Of a DNA stretch of 64,000 nucleotides, positions 10,828 to 20,520 are shown piece by piece. The notes beneath the pieces were generated by a model. It saw only the letters and a list, made by a program, of their open reading frames with translations, was not told where the DNA came from and did no database searches. The translations under genes were made by a program, and so were the position numbers. Source of the DNA: a virus. The DNA lies in the IMG/VR virus record IMGVR_UViG_3300045988_147517, positions 1-64,000 of that record. One strand, 5' to 3'. Position 1 is the stretch's first letter. Each line of letters starts with the position of its first letter.

Positions 10828-11751
10828 ATGATAGGATTTTGTAGTTATAACTTCTGCAAAGATATTAATTGTATTGACCCTGTTCCAACAGACCTAAACG
10901 GCATTACTTATACTATGGTTCAAAATGGTATATTTGACCATTTAAACATTGACCAAAGTACAGATAAGGAATATAGCCCAGAAAAACCACTTATGTGGGA
11001 TTATTCTACTATATTAAATGCAAACTTTGATTGTAATATTAAAGGCGGAAATATTGATGATATCTTTGCCAATGTAACTTCGCTACGTGTCAAACGCCGT
11101 AAAGTTGGAGAGTTTGACTGGATTACTTTATTTGATGTACCAGTTAATACATTTGAAGACCTTAAATTTGATGAGGTTGATATGCTTAACCAACATGGTG
11201 TTGAATATCAATATGCCATTATACCAATGACAAATAGCATTGAAGGAGACTATGCTATTAATACAGTAGAATCTTGGTTTGATGGTGTATTTATTTGTGA
11301 CCATGATACCATCTTTAGATTTTATGCTGGTGTTTCTTATGGGGAAACAGAGGTTGTTCAACGCACTGGTATCTTTGAACCGTTAGCAACGAAATATCCT
11401 ATTGTTGTATCTAATGCTCTTACAGGATATAGCAAAGGTAGTTTTCAAGGAACGGTTACATCCAAACAATATTTACAGGATAGAATCCTTGACAGATTTG
11501 AAGAGCAAGAATTTAGAAAAGATATTCTTGACTTCTTAACAAACAAAAGAGCAAAATTATTGAAAGACTGGAATGGTAATGTATGGCTCTGTATCATTAT
11601 TGATAGCCCATCAGTAAGTTATACTTCCGAAATAGGCATGGGTATTGCAAGTGTTAGCGCCAATTGGGCTGAACTTGGAGATTTCGATAGTGAATCAGAC
11701 CTTGTTTCAACTGGATTATTACCACCAGTCACACCGAAAGTGAGAACATAA
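10828..11751 (+). CDS. Tail/baseplate structural protein (307 aa), possibly distal-tail-like
   Basis: The start abuts the upstream stop (TAAATG). The call rests on its position before the large baseplate protein. Confidence 0.45.
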   Translation: MIGFCSYNFCKDINCIDPVPTDLNGITYTMVQNGIFDHLNIDQSTDKEYSPEKPLMWDYSTILNANFDCNIKGGNIDDIFANVTSLRVKRRKVGEFDWITLFDVPVNTFEDLKFDEVDMLNQHGVEYQYAIIPMTNSIEGDYAINTVESWFDGVFICDHDTIFRFYAGVSYGETEVVQRTGIFEPLATKYPIVVSNALTGYSKGSFQGTVTSKQYLQDRILDRFEEQEFRKDILDFLTNKRAKLLKDWNGNVWLCIIIDSPSVSYTSEIGMGIASVSANWAELGDFDSESDLVSTGLLPPVTPKVRT

Positions 11752-11752
11752 A

Positions 11753-14155
11753 ATGGCATTAAATATCACAGCAACTGATTATAATACCGCTAAACAGCCA
11801 ATAAGAAATTTATGGTGTAAAATAAACTTGCTTAATTTTAATTATCAAACAGTAAATTCTTTAGAAGGCAGAATTATTGATGGTAATATTAGCGTCGACT
11901 CTAATGCAGATATTCGAAGGACGGCTAATGTTACTATGGTTATCGAAGATGCCAGTGATGAAATTACAGTTGGTGGAGAACTTTGGCTTGACAAATTTTT
12001 TCAAATCTATATTGGTATTACGGATATAGCCACAGGTGAAATAAATTGGACAAATCAAGGAATTTATTTAATTAACGCGCCAAATATAACCTATAATGCA
12101 ACCACCAATACAGTCGCAATTACAGGACTAGATTTAATGGCTAAAATAACTGGATTGAGGAATGGTAATCTTCCCGGACTTCCAATGGTTATTCCACAAG
12201 GTTCAGTAGTGCGTGATGTTGTAAAAGACCTGTTAACACAGTTTACACCATTCAGAAGATTTATTATTGCAGAAAGTTCTCAAATTACACCATATGAAAT
12301 CAAGGTAGAAAAATCTTCCACACTTTATGACTTATTGGTTCAAATCAGAGATATCACTCCAAATTGGGAATTCTTTTTTGATGTTGAAGGTATATTTCAT
12401 TGGCAACCTATTCCAACGGGTCACAATGAACCTGTTATGATAGATAACACTACATGGGATAATGTGGTAATTTCTCATACTATTAATGTAGATTTTGAAA
12501 ATGTTAAAAATCGCATTATGGTATTTGGAAAATCTCACGACCCTTACAAGTGGGCTGATAAAGCTACTCTTAATGGTAATACATACAAGTGTACCATAGA
12601 ATCCTTAACGAAACCTTTAGAACCAAACACATCAATTGGCTTTATTGTTGGTGAACCAGTAGCAGAGCCATACCTACAAATTAATGAGTATCCCGCTATG
12701 CGATTAGAAAATGAGGATGGTAGCGCGGCTGTACTTGACCCTACAACAGAGGATGTTTATTATGTGGCGCGTACTATTGACGAAACACATGCTTTGTTTT
12801 TAGGGCATCAACAAACATATGGAGAAGCACAGGACAATAACCCTGATAGCCCTTACTACATTAAAAATCCAGCGGGAGAAATTTTATTGGTTTGTTCTGG
12901 TGGAGAATATGATAACATATGGACTGACGATTTAGCTAGACAACGTGCGGAATATGAGCTATACTTACATTGTAGAATGAATGACACTTTAACACTTGAA
13001 TGTGTCCCATTATATTGGCTCGATGTTAATATTGTAATGGAGTATCATGAAACAAATATAGGAGAAGATGGTTATTATCTCATTAAAAGTTTTTCATATG
13101 GACTAAAACCTGATTCGACAATGAGTGTAACAGCAGTTAAATATTATCCTGCATATCCTTATCCACTCGAATCAAATGAAGTTAATGTACGTGATGTTGT
13201 TATTGGAGATGGGAGCAAAAACTTAACCATTGATTCTAATCAAACAGTTAATCCGGGAATTCAGTTAACTCCTTCTACTATTATTAATGAAACTGTAAAA
13301 TGGGAAAGCAAAGACCCTAACATTGCAAGTGTTGATGATAATGGAAACATATCAGGAGTATCTGATGGGTCGACAACGGTTACAGTCACTGTAAATGACC
13401 TCGTGACAGATACAGTTGACGTAACTGTTAAAAGAGCACTTTTATCGACAGATATGATTACAAAATATGCAGTAAACACTGGGTGTTCTGATTGCCAGTG
13501 TACGATGCCCGGCCCGGTCACTATCCTAGATGTCGGCAGTTGGCGGACACTTCGGCAAGGAATCGCTTGGGATGGCTTACCCTCGAATAATGATTGGTAT
13601 GCGAACTCATTACCCTTCACACTAGAAGATAACACTAAATATAGGATTGATGTCACTGTTCAGAACGATGCATGTTCATGGGCTGGTGCTTATTACAAAC
13701 AAGACATAAATGATTCTACAAATAACGGAGGTCATTTAGTCATTCCAGAAAATGGAGAAGATTGGAGTAGAGCGGCCATCGGTTCGGTATTTCAAAGAAC
13801 AATGCATATGGAAATTCCATATTTTGTACGCTTTCCATATGTAATGTGGGTAGAACCTGTAGAATTTAGGTCACAAGAGTCGGTGGATTGCTATTGGTAT
13901 AGTCATATTCTGCCGGGAGATAATAGTATTGTTTTTTATGCAGAAGTGCCAAATCAACTTACGTTGTCTTTGACATTTACTACTGGAATTAATATTGAAT
14001 CTGTTTTGAATCCGGGAACTTTTGTTCATGACTATATGGTATCTTTTAGATGGTCAAATGGTTTATTAGACATTGATGACCCAACTAACGGCCCAACAAA
14101 ATGGAGTGGTGAACCTGTTGTCGGTATTAAAAATTTACAAATAACAAAATTATAA
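11753..14155 (+). CDS. Large baseplate / tail-associated protein with Big_2-like Ig domain (800 aa)
   Basis: The N-terminus resembles phage minor structural/tail endopeptidase-type proteins. An internal Ig-like segment is present (VKWESKDPNIASVDDNGNISGVSDGSTTVTVTV). Confidence 0.55.
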   Translation: MALNITATDYNTAKQPIRNLWCKINLLNFNYQTVNSLEGRIIDGNISVDSNADIRRTANVTMVIEDASDEITVGGELWLDKFFQIYIGITDIATGEINWTNQGIYLINAPNITYNATTNTVAITGLDLMAKITGLRNGNLPGLPMVIPQGSVVRDVVKDLLTQFTPFRRFIIAESSQITPYEIKVEKSSTLYDLLVQIRDITPNWEFFFDVEGIFHWQPIPTGHNEPVMIDNTTWDNVVISHTINVDFENVKNRIMVFGKSHDPYKWADKATLNGNTYKCTIESLTKPLEPNTSIGFIVGEPVAEPYLQINEYPAMRLENEDGSAAVLDPTTEDVYYVARTIDETHALFLGHQQTYGEAQDNNPDSPYYIKNPAGEILLVCSGGEYDNIWTDDLARQRAEYELYLHCRMNDTLTLECVPLYWLDVNIVMEYHETNIGEDGYYLIKSFSYGLKPDSTMSVTAVKYYPAYPYPLESNEVNVRDVVIGDGSKNLTIDSNQTVNPGIQLTPSTIINETVKWESKDPNIASVDDNGNISGVSDGSTTVTVTVNDLVTDTVDVTVKRALLSTDMITKYAVNTGCSDCQCTMPGPVTILDVGSWRTLRQGIAWDGLPSNNDWYANSLPFTLEDNTKYRIDVTVQNDACSWAGAYYKQDINDSTNNGGHLVIPENGEDWSRAAIGSVFQRTMHMEIPYFVRFPYVMWVEPVEFRSQESVDCYWYSHILPGDNSIVFYAEVPNQLTLSLTFTTGINIESVLNPGTFVHDYMVSFRWSNGLLDIDDPTNGPTKWSGEPVVGIKNLQITKL

Positions 14156-14202
14156 GGAGAGAGTTATATGAAATTATATGGAAATCCCTGCACTATTTTT
14201 GC

Positions 14203-14212
14203 GGGGGGGGGG
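14203..14212 (+). repeat. Homopolymeric G10 tract in the intergenic region upstream of a tail-collar gene
   Basis: Ten consecutive G in an otherwise AT-rich genome. The tract lies inside a well-SD'd 18-codon mini-ORF (14168..14224), 45 nt before the ATG at 14257. Confidence 0.9.
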
Positions 14213-14256
14213 CAACTTTCCTAATATAAGAAAAAATAGTTTTTTGGTGGTGCGTT

Positions 14257-14868
14257 ATGGCTACTAAAAATGTTAATGTAAGAATGCAACAAGTATACAA
14301 CACTAGTTCTACTTTAAGCAATAAGACTTTGCTAGAAGGAGAAATAGGCTATGCGACTGATACTGGAAAACTTAAGATAGGCGATGGATTTAACATGTTT
14401 AATCGGCTTGTTGAGTTACCACTTATACCGACAGGTGGCCTACTTTTTTATGGTGCCGCTGTTCAACCAGATGGATTCTTGGTTTGTAATGGCTCGGCTG
14501 TAAGCAGGAGTACATACTCTAGGTTATTTGCCGTTTTGGGCACAAAATATGGCGCAGGAAATGGTTCTACTACTTTTAACCTACCTAACTTCTTAGGAAG
14601 ATTTTTAAAAGGTGGAGAGGATAATTTTATTTATGAAGGCGGCCAACAAACTGTAACACTGACAACAGACACAACACCAAGTCATAATCATGGAATTCCC
14701 TCTCAAGTGTGGATGGACGTATCGGGCGGAGAATGGACTACTACTGCTGGTTCTGGAAATAGATGGTTCAGAACCTCTGCGGGGTATACAACAGGAAATA
14801 CTGGTGGTAGCCAGCCACATAATAACGAACCACAATATACGGAGATTTATACGTTTATAAAATATTAA
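14257..14868 (+). CDS. Tail-collar domain receptor-binding protein, paralogue 4
   Basis: Motif GSAVSRSTYSRLFAVLGTKYGAGNGSTTFNLPN. N-terminus MATKNVNVRM; the protein ends ...FIKY. Confidence 0.7.
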   Translation: MATKNVNVRMQQVYNTSSTLSNKTLLEGEIGYATDTGKLKIGDGFNMFNRLVELPLIPTGGLLFYGAAVQPDGFLVCNGSAVSRSTYSRLFAVLGTKYGAGNGSTTFNLPNFLGRFLKGGEDNFIYEGGQQTVTLTTDTTPSHNHGIPSQVWMDVSGGEWTTTAGSGNRWFRTSAGYTTGNTGGSQPHNNEPQYTEIYTFIKY

Positions 14869-14886
14869 AATTATAAGGAGATTAAT

Positions 14887-15639
14887 ATGAGTGAATACTA
14901 TCCAGATTTAGGTAACACCACCTTCCCTAATATCATTGATGTTATCGCAAACAAACTTGATATTTTACCAGAAGATGGTGGATTAATCTCTCAATATCAA
15001 ACATATATGCAACTTGGCGATTTTGCCAATGCCAATAAAACGCTCGGCTCTATTGCAAATGCAGACCAGAAATTAATTTCATCAGAAGATATGAATACGT
15101 TCAGGGATTGTATATTGGCGCTTGAACGTTTTTATAAGAATGATATTAAGGATTATACAGAACAGAAACAGCAAGAATGGCTTACGATTGTAAATAGATT
15201 TAGTTATATGGGGAGTTATGACCCAATCACACTTTATTATAAAAATAACATAGTGGGGTATCCGGTTGGCTCTAACTTACTTTTATTCCTAGCTATATCA
15301 GACCCACCACGAGGAACATCCCCATTAGATTCAAACTTTTGGAAACCATTAACGATTGTTGGAAAAAAAGGTGATAGTGGTCATGGCCTAACCTTTAGAT
15401 GGGAATGGAGTGACCAAATGGATTATACAGAAGAAGATGTTGTTACATATCATAATATGGTATGGGGATGTATAAAAAATCACACAACACCACAAGCGCC
15501 ATTCGATGGTTCCCCATTCTGGGAATTATTAATGATGCTTTCTCCTGTTCCGTATCCATCGCAGGCCAACCAACCTATTAATCAACAACCCGGCGAAATT
15601 TGGTTTCAAGTAGCGCCAACATTAACAGGAGGTCAATAA
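14887..15639 (+). CDS. Structural-module protein (250 aa)
   Basis: SD aaggag. The stop overlaps the next start (TAATG). Confidence 0.5.
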   Translation: MSEYYPDLGNTTFPNIIDVIANKLDILPEDGGLISQYQTYMQLGDFANANKTLGSIANADQKLISSEDMNTFRDCILALERFYKNDIKDYTEQKQQEWLTIVNRFSYMGSYDPITLYYKNNIVGYPVGSNLLLFLAISDPPRGTSPLDSNFWKPLTIVGKKGDSGHGLTFRWEWSDQMDYTEEDVVTYHNMVWGCIKNHTTPQAPFDGSPFWELLMMLSPVPYPSQANQPINQQPGEIWFQVAPTLTGGQ

Positions 15640-16385
15640 TGCCCAATCCTAATACCATAAATATATCGAGGAGTCAGGACATTCACTATCCTGATGAGCC
15701 TACCAGAAAGCAATTTATCAACCTCTGGAAGGAAGAAAAAAATTATGATGAAGCGCTTGGTATTATTGATACAACTGATGCGCTTCTCACTAAAAAATTA
15801 ACACAAACAATTTTTAACCAAATTAAAGAAGGTATTCTTTTTATGGAAAATAAATATGACCAAGATTATATTCAGAAGATGGAAGAATACCTTCAACTTT
15901 TACAAACTAATATTGACCAATATCAAATATTTAACGAATTCAATCCGTTGCGTCAATATGAAAAATTTCAATCAGTATTTGATGGTGAATACTGGTACTT
16001 TTGTTATAACAGGCCACCTATTGGAACGCCACCAACAAATGAAACCTACTGGTTGCAACTTAAATTAAAAGGCGAAATAGGTGACAATTCCTTAGGGATT
16101 TCGTTAGCACTAGAACCAAATTATTGGGACTCTAACGCACAATATCCTGAAAAGGATACTGTCAGTTATGACTACAAAACATTAAGAAATACAGACTTCT
16201 TTACACACTCTTTCTTTGTTTCTCGTAGAGCGAATACTGGAAAAGAGCCAACCAAAAGCCCAGACGATTGGATGGAGTTAGTAAGAGTGAGAAGAGAGCA
16301 TGTAGAAGTTGGCGCTACTGAGCCAACACCGATTGACTACCCACCATTTCCAGTCGTCGGAACTACATGGTTTCAAGAAGTATAA
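15639..16385 (+). CDS. Structural-module protein (248 aa)
   Basis: The start was moved to the ATG at 15639, preceded by aggagg. The longer track ORF (15600) overlaps the upstream gene. Confidence 0.5.
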   Translation: MPNPNTINISRSQDIHYPDEPTRKQFINLWKEEKNYDEALGIIDTTDALLTKKLTQTIFNQIKEGILFMENKYDQDYIQKMEEYLQLLQTNIDQYQIFNEFNPLRQYEKFQSVFDGEYWYFCYNRPPIGTPPTNETYWLQLKLKGEIGDNSLGISLALEPNYWDSNAQYPEKDTVSYDYKTLRNTDFFTHSFFVSRRANTGKEPTKSPDDWMELVRVRREHVEVGATEPTPIDYPPFPVVGTTWFQEV

Positions 16386-16396
16386 AGGAGGAAAAT

Positions 16397-17359
16397 ATGG
16401 CAGTAAGAGAAATATTACCAAGATATAATACCGAAAGTGGCTATGATTACCTCTACTTTCACTCACCCTTTGAAGTTGTAACGCCATCTGATACGGTTAC
16501 AAATACTAGCGGAGTTTATAATATCCCGACTAAAGTTCCCTATGCGCATTATACTAGACCTATATTGGTGGCATTTCAAGCTCCAAGTGCGTGTGTCGCG
16601 GCTCAAAAGGTGGCGATTAATGGTGGAACGGGTATATTAATCAAACCATCCTATCGTGCAGATTTGGTGGCTGGCGATATTCCAGCCAATGCCGCAGTTA
16701 TTTTATATGTAGACCTAGTTAAATCTATAGCAAGATTAATTAGTGTTGATGGCGCTAGTGCACACGCTTCATATTTTACAAATAATTATGGGGTAGCATC
16801 ATTCCCAGCTAATAGTCAAAGCGGAGATATGCTGTGGAATTCACTATATACATGGGCTTCTACAACTCAAAGTTATACCGAAGTGAGCATATATAATGGC
16901 ACCACTGGGGTAGTTCAGTATCCGGTAACACCACGTCAAGTTTATTATGCTACTGCAACATCTAAATCAGGTGCCGCCTACTCTGTTACATTAGGAGAGT
17001 TCCCATTAACTAGACGTTCGGGCGCTAATAAATATGGGATAATGTTTATTGCACGTTTTGCAAACGCTTCAACAGGCAACGACACTATTACTATAGATGG
17101 GTCTAATTATGGACAAATTCGTATAGGTACTGGCGCTACAGGCGGTTTTTATAGAGGATTATTTGCTGGTGAAATTAAGGCAAATCAAACATGTACGTTC
17201 CAAATTAATCAAGACGGTGCAGTTTATTTATTATTTATAGATGGTAAAGCCGCAACTGGTGCTGGTAGCACCATTACATTATCACCGGAATCAGCCCCAC
17301 CTACAAACCCTTTGGCAAAAGATGTATGGTTTAAGGTTGTTAAGGTGGTGTCCTCTTAA
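16397..17359 (+). CDS. Structural-module protein (320 aa)
   Basis: The start was moved to the ATG at 16397, preceded by aaaggagg. Confidence 0.5.
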   Translation: MAVREILPRYNTESGYDYLYFHSPFEVVTPSDTVTNTSGVYNIPTKVPYAHYTRPILVAFQAPSACVAAQKVAINGGTGILIKPSYRADLVAGDIPANAAVILYVDLVKSIARLISVDGASAHASYFTNNYGVASFPANSQSGDMLWNSLYTWASTTQSYTEVSIYNGTTGVVQYPVTPRQVYYATATSKSGAAYSVTLGEFPLTRRSGANKYGIMFIARFANASTGNDTITIDGSNYGQIRIGTGATGGFYRGLFAGEIKANQTCTFQINQDGAVYLLFIDGKAATGAGSTITLSPESAPPTNPLAKDVWFKVVKVVSS

Positions 17360-17889
17360 TGGCAAAATATAATGTAATAGGAAGTTATTATGTTAGCCCA
17401 ACAGAAAATGTTAATTTTTATCCTGTTACTAGATATGATAATTTAGATACAATGGGAGTGTATGCGCGTAGGATTCCCGGAGGTGTTGATATTTCCGGGA
17501 CAATTCCATTTATCAACAAACTAAATTGGGACACTAATCCTACATGGGCTACACAACAATCAGATGGAAGTATTTTAATTAACAGAGCGGGGTTTTATAA
17601 TTGTCATATATTCTTTTATGCTCCCGGAGAAGCAAAAGGATATGAATTTGCAGTTTCTTTAAGAGCCAGAAGAGGCTCTAACAACGAATTATTGCTGGCA
17701 GAAAATTACGCAAATGCTCTAGATTCTGGTCAGGTTGTAATGGTAACTGTTGGTGGAATGTACTATCTAAACGTAGGAGATATTGTACGTGGCGCTACTT
17801 CTATTAATCCCGGTGGAGGGATTCATCCTAGTAGTCAAACTTACATTTGTTTAAAGCCGTACCAATTTGATACCAAGTTTTGGGGGTAA
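17359..17889 (+). CDS. C1q/TNF-like jelly-roll tip protein (176 aa)
   Basis: C1q-like pattern GFYNCHIFFYA...YEFAVSLRARRG....VGGMYYLNVGDIV. The assignment is an inference from the motif pattern only. Confidence 0.45.
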   Translation: MAKYNVIGSYYVSPTENVNFYPVTRYDNLDTMGVYARRIPGGVDISGTIPFINKLNWDTNPTWATQQSDGSILINRAGFYNCHIFFYAPGEAKGYEFAVSLRARRGSNNELLLAENYANALDSGQVVMVTVGGMYYLNVGDIVRGATSINPGGGIHPSSQTYICLKPYQFDTKFWG

Positions 17890-17896
17890 TTATAGA

Positions 17897-18445
17897 ATGA
17901 GTCAATACAATACAATAGAATCGTATTACCAGAATGATATATGGAATGAATTTTATCCCGAAACATATGATGCATGTGTTAAAGGTAGAACCTATTTTTC
18001 TGGAAATCAAAGTGAAATGGTAGGAACAATTGCTGGTGTATATAAAATACCTATTAATAGAAATATTATTGCTAAAGGTGGTTTAACGTGGAACAGTAAC
18101 GGCACCGTAACCATACAACAAGCTGGTATTTATGCAGTAAGCGCCAGAATGTATGTTTCTGACCAAGCATATAATAATTATAATTTAGCAGTAAGAAAAA
18201 ATAATAATGTGGCTCTGGCTGAATCAATGGCTGGAAGTTTACAAATGAGCAGAAATATGGATGGTTATAATCCCGGTGATGGATTTACCTATGGGCATCC
18301 TTCTAGTTTTCTTAATGTATACAGCATAACACCACTAGAGGCTGGTGACAATGTTTATATGACGCTTCAAAGTGAGTCGCAAACATTCTCACGTATGAAT
18401 CAGAATGGTGGTATGGAATTATTCTTATTACAGGCAAACTTATAG
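17897..18445 (+). CDS. C1q/TNF-like jelly-roll tip protein (182 aa)
   Basis: The start was moved to the ATG at 17897. Pattern GIYAVSARMYV....YNLAVRKNNNVALAES....PLEAGDNVYMTLQ. Confidence 0.45.
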   Translation: MSQYNTIESYYQNDIWNEFYPETYDACVKGRTYFSGNQSEMVGTIAGVYKIPINRNIIAKGGLTWNSNGTVTIQQAGIYAVSARMYVSDQAYNNYNLAVRKNNNVALAESMAGSLQMSRNMDGYNPGDGFTYGHPSSFLNVYSITPLEAGDNVYMTLQSESQTFSRMNQNGGMELFLLQANL

Positions 18446-18458
18446 AAGGAGGTAAATT

Positions 18459-19595
18459 ATGGCTTATACGAGTGGTGAATTAGTTCTATACCATGGAAGT
18501 GGTCATTATTGGGGATATAAATTTGAACTATGGGCAGACCGTTCAACAACCCCCGGTGATACGAATGTTCACATCACAGGATATGTCAACACTGGTGCAT
18601 GGAATTTAATTGATGGAATTTCATGGGAAGGCGATGCAATGTCTGGGAACCTCAATATTGGAGGGTATGACATTGGCGTTTCTCATCCACCTTTTGATTG
18701 TAGAGGTGGCGGTTGTCCTCAAGGTGGAGATAATTTTATCCGAACTAATATTGATTTTTGGTTAAATTGGCCCGGTCAAGGAAATATAGGAGTAAGCGGA
18801 TGTTTATCATCTAGGGATGATGGTACTGCATGTGGTAATTGGGCTATTACAGGTATCCCGCCATATGTTCCACCATGTGACCCAAATCCAGTCGGCCCAT
18901 GGGGAAATGCCTTTCCTACGGTTCCATCACATCCAACTAATCCTAATACGCAATTACCATTACCAACAAATACTATCTTACAAGAAGTATATAATGGTTC
19001 AGAATGGGAAATAACCTATCCTAGAACGACATTGGAAAACGTGTATAGATACGCGCCAATGATAAGAGCGATGTCTAATAATAAAAGCGAATCGGATGCT
19101 TTTAATATTCCTTTCGATAAAGATGAATCTCCTATCCCTCAAAGATGGGGATATTATGATAATACCTATTTTTATATCTATAGAGATGGTTTATATGATA
19201 TCTCATGTTATACGGCTATTGTTGATAGGAAGGCCGGAGTTGGCCCGAAGAATTGTAATCGAAACGTAGACGGAAATAGTTATGCATGGTTAAGGGTAAA
19301 TAAAAATCCTGACAATGGTAATTGTACTTTTTTGAGTGGACGTGTGTCGCATAATTATGGAAATAATATCGACATGGGCGTTCATAATATTGTCCCACTG
19401 AAAGCGGGAGATAAAGTCTTTGCAAGAGTAGGTTGGCAATATGGGAATGGCTCGACATGTGATGGTGTAAGTGGATGTCAAGGTGGTATCAGTTATAATA
19501 TGGCCTGTACAATTGCAGGCGTTAACTCTGGATATGACACCAGAATGATAATTGTACCGCTAGTATTCTTTGACGAAGACATAACATATAATTAA
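18459..19595 (+). CDS. Tail tip protein with C-terminal C1q/TNF-like pattern (378 aa)
   Basis: SD aaggagg. The C-terminal segment reads GLYDISCYTAIV...AWLRVNKN....VPLKAGDKVFARVG. It is the last gene of the plus-strand module. Confidence 0.45.
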   Translation: MAYTSGELVLYHGSGHYWGYKFELWADRSTTPGDTNVHITGYVNTGAWNLIDGISWEGDAMSGNLNIGGYDIGVSHPPFDCRGGGCPQGGDNFIRTNIDFWLNWPGQGNIGVSGCLSSRDDGTACGNWAITGIPPYVPPCDPNPVGPWGNAFPTVPSHPTNPNTQLPLPTNTILQEVYNGSEWEITYPRTTLENVYRYAPMIRAMSNNKSESDAFNIPFDKDESPIPQRWGYYDNTYFYIYRDGLYDISCYTAIVDRKAGVGPKNCNRNVDGNSYAWLRVNKNPDNGNCTFLSGRVSHNYGNNIDMGVHNIVPLKAGDKVFARVGWQYGNGSTCDGVSGCQGGISYNMACTIAGVNSGYDTRMIIVPLVFFDEDITYN

Positions 19596-19620
19596 TGGGG
19601 CTTTATGCCCCATTTTTTTA
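19595..19620 (+). terminator. Rho-independent terminator of the tail module
   Basis: Hairpin ATGGGGC-tttat-GCCCCAT followed by T7, directly after the stop codon. Confidence 0.8.
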
Positions 19621-19628
19621 TGCATATT

Positions 19629-19686
19629 AAAACAGCTTTTTCATAGAGCGGTTTTATTTTTGTTTGCCTATAACTTATACCTGTAC
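19629..19686. repeat. Intergenic repeat, copy 1 (pairs with 25344..25400)
   Basis: aaaacagctttttcatagagcggttttatttttgtttgcctataacttatacctgta is roughly 80% identical by eye to the copy between the Prs-like and Nampt-like genes. Confidence 0.7.
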
Positions 19687-19736
19687 GAATAAAAAGTCCT
19701 CTTATTTTTAAATTAAGTGCTATGTAAATGCAAGAT

Positions 19737-20153
19737 TTAATTGATTTTTGGAAGATTTCTTTTGTCTTTCGGCCCCAATTTCTTTCCTCTAGTCATAGGT
19801 TGTAAAATTTTTACTACCTCTGGATTATCTAACGCATCAATTGGAATGTGAATAATATATTCTTCACTGCTACTTTCATAACTCAATACACCACATGTTT
19901 TCTTTAAATCGTTTAGAACTTTATATCCTTTTTTTAAACTTGGGATATAAATATATAAAGAGTCTCCATCCACCGATAAGTTTGACATCGCAAACCAATC
20001 GTTGAGTTTTGGTGTTAATTTTAGAGGAATACAATAATCTTCTTCCCCAATTCCATCTTTAGAAGAAAGAAAATAATATTTTTTATTCTTGGTGTCATAT
20101 GCGTAGTATGCAATTGTCCTATAAGTGCCCATATATTTTCTTAATGTCTTCAT
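19737..20153 (-). CDS. Hypothetical protein
   Basis: Last ORF of the minus-strand module. The ATG at 20153 is preferred over the TTG at 20168. Confidence 0.5.
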   Translation of the reverse strand: MKTLRKYMGTYRTIAYYAYDTKNKKYYFLSSKDGIGEEDYCIPLKLTPKLNDWFAMSNLSVDGDSLYIYIPSLKKGYKVLNDLKKTCGVLSYESSSEEYIIHIPIDALDNPEVVKILQPMTRGKKLGPKDKRNLPKIN

Positions 20154-20157
20154 GTTA

Positions 20158-20520
20158 TTACCACTCAATTTTCATAATAAAACGTTTAAAGCCAACTGGT
20201 TCTTGATATCTTTCAAGTATAGAACATTTATATCCAAACGAATTCACATAATTTTGAATTGTACTTGAATCTTCCAACAAAGATGATGCGTCTATATTTG
20301 GTCGAGAATCAGCCCACCAATGTTTTATACCATAAGGGAATAATACATCTAATGGAATTTCGACAAAGTTATTTTCTTCCTCTCTACACGCTTGCGTTAT
20401 TTCTGATTCTATATAAAGAATTTCTTTGGTAAATTTAGATTTTGTTTCCCTTCTAAACTTCTCAATTCTTTGTTGATGATTTTCTTTAGACATTTCTCTT
20501 GCCGCTTCTGCTGTAATCAT
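20158..20520 (-). CDS. Hypothetical protein
   Basis: Its start is coupled to the upstream stop by an ATGA overlap. Confidence 0.5.
   Translation of the reverse strand: MITAEAAREMSKENHQQRIEKFRRETKSKFTKEILYIESEITQACREEENNFVEIPLDVLFPYGIKHWWADSRPNIDASSLLEDSSTIQNYVNSFGYKCSILERYQEPVGFKRFIMKIEW

Noticed and set aside
5963-14868. A diversity-generating retroelement acting on the tail-collar paralogues.
   Set aside because: No reverse transcriptase ORF is present, and no template/variable repeat pair with adenine-specific differences was seen in the window.
14168-14868. The G10 tract as a programmed frameshift fusing the mini-ORF to the downstream receptor-binding gene.
   Set aside because: I checked the frames by hand. 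With 9, 10 or 11 G the mini-ORF never continues in the frame of the gene starting at 14257.
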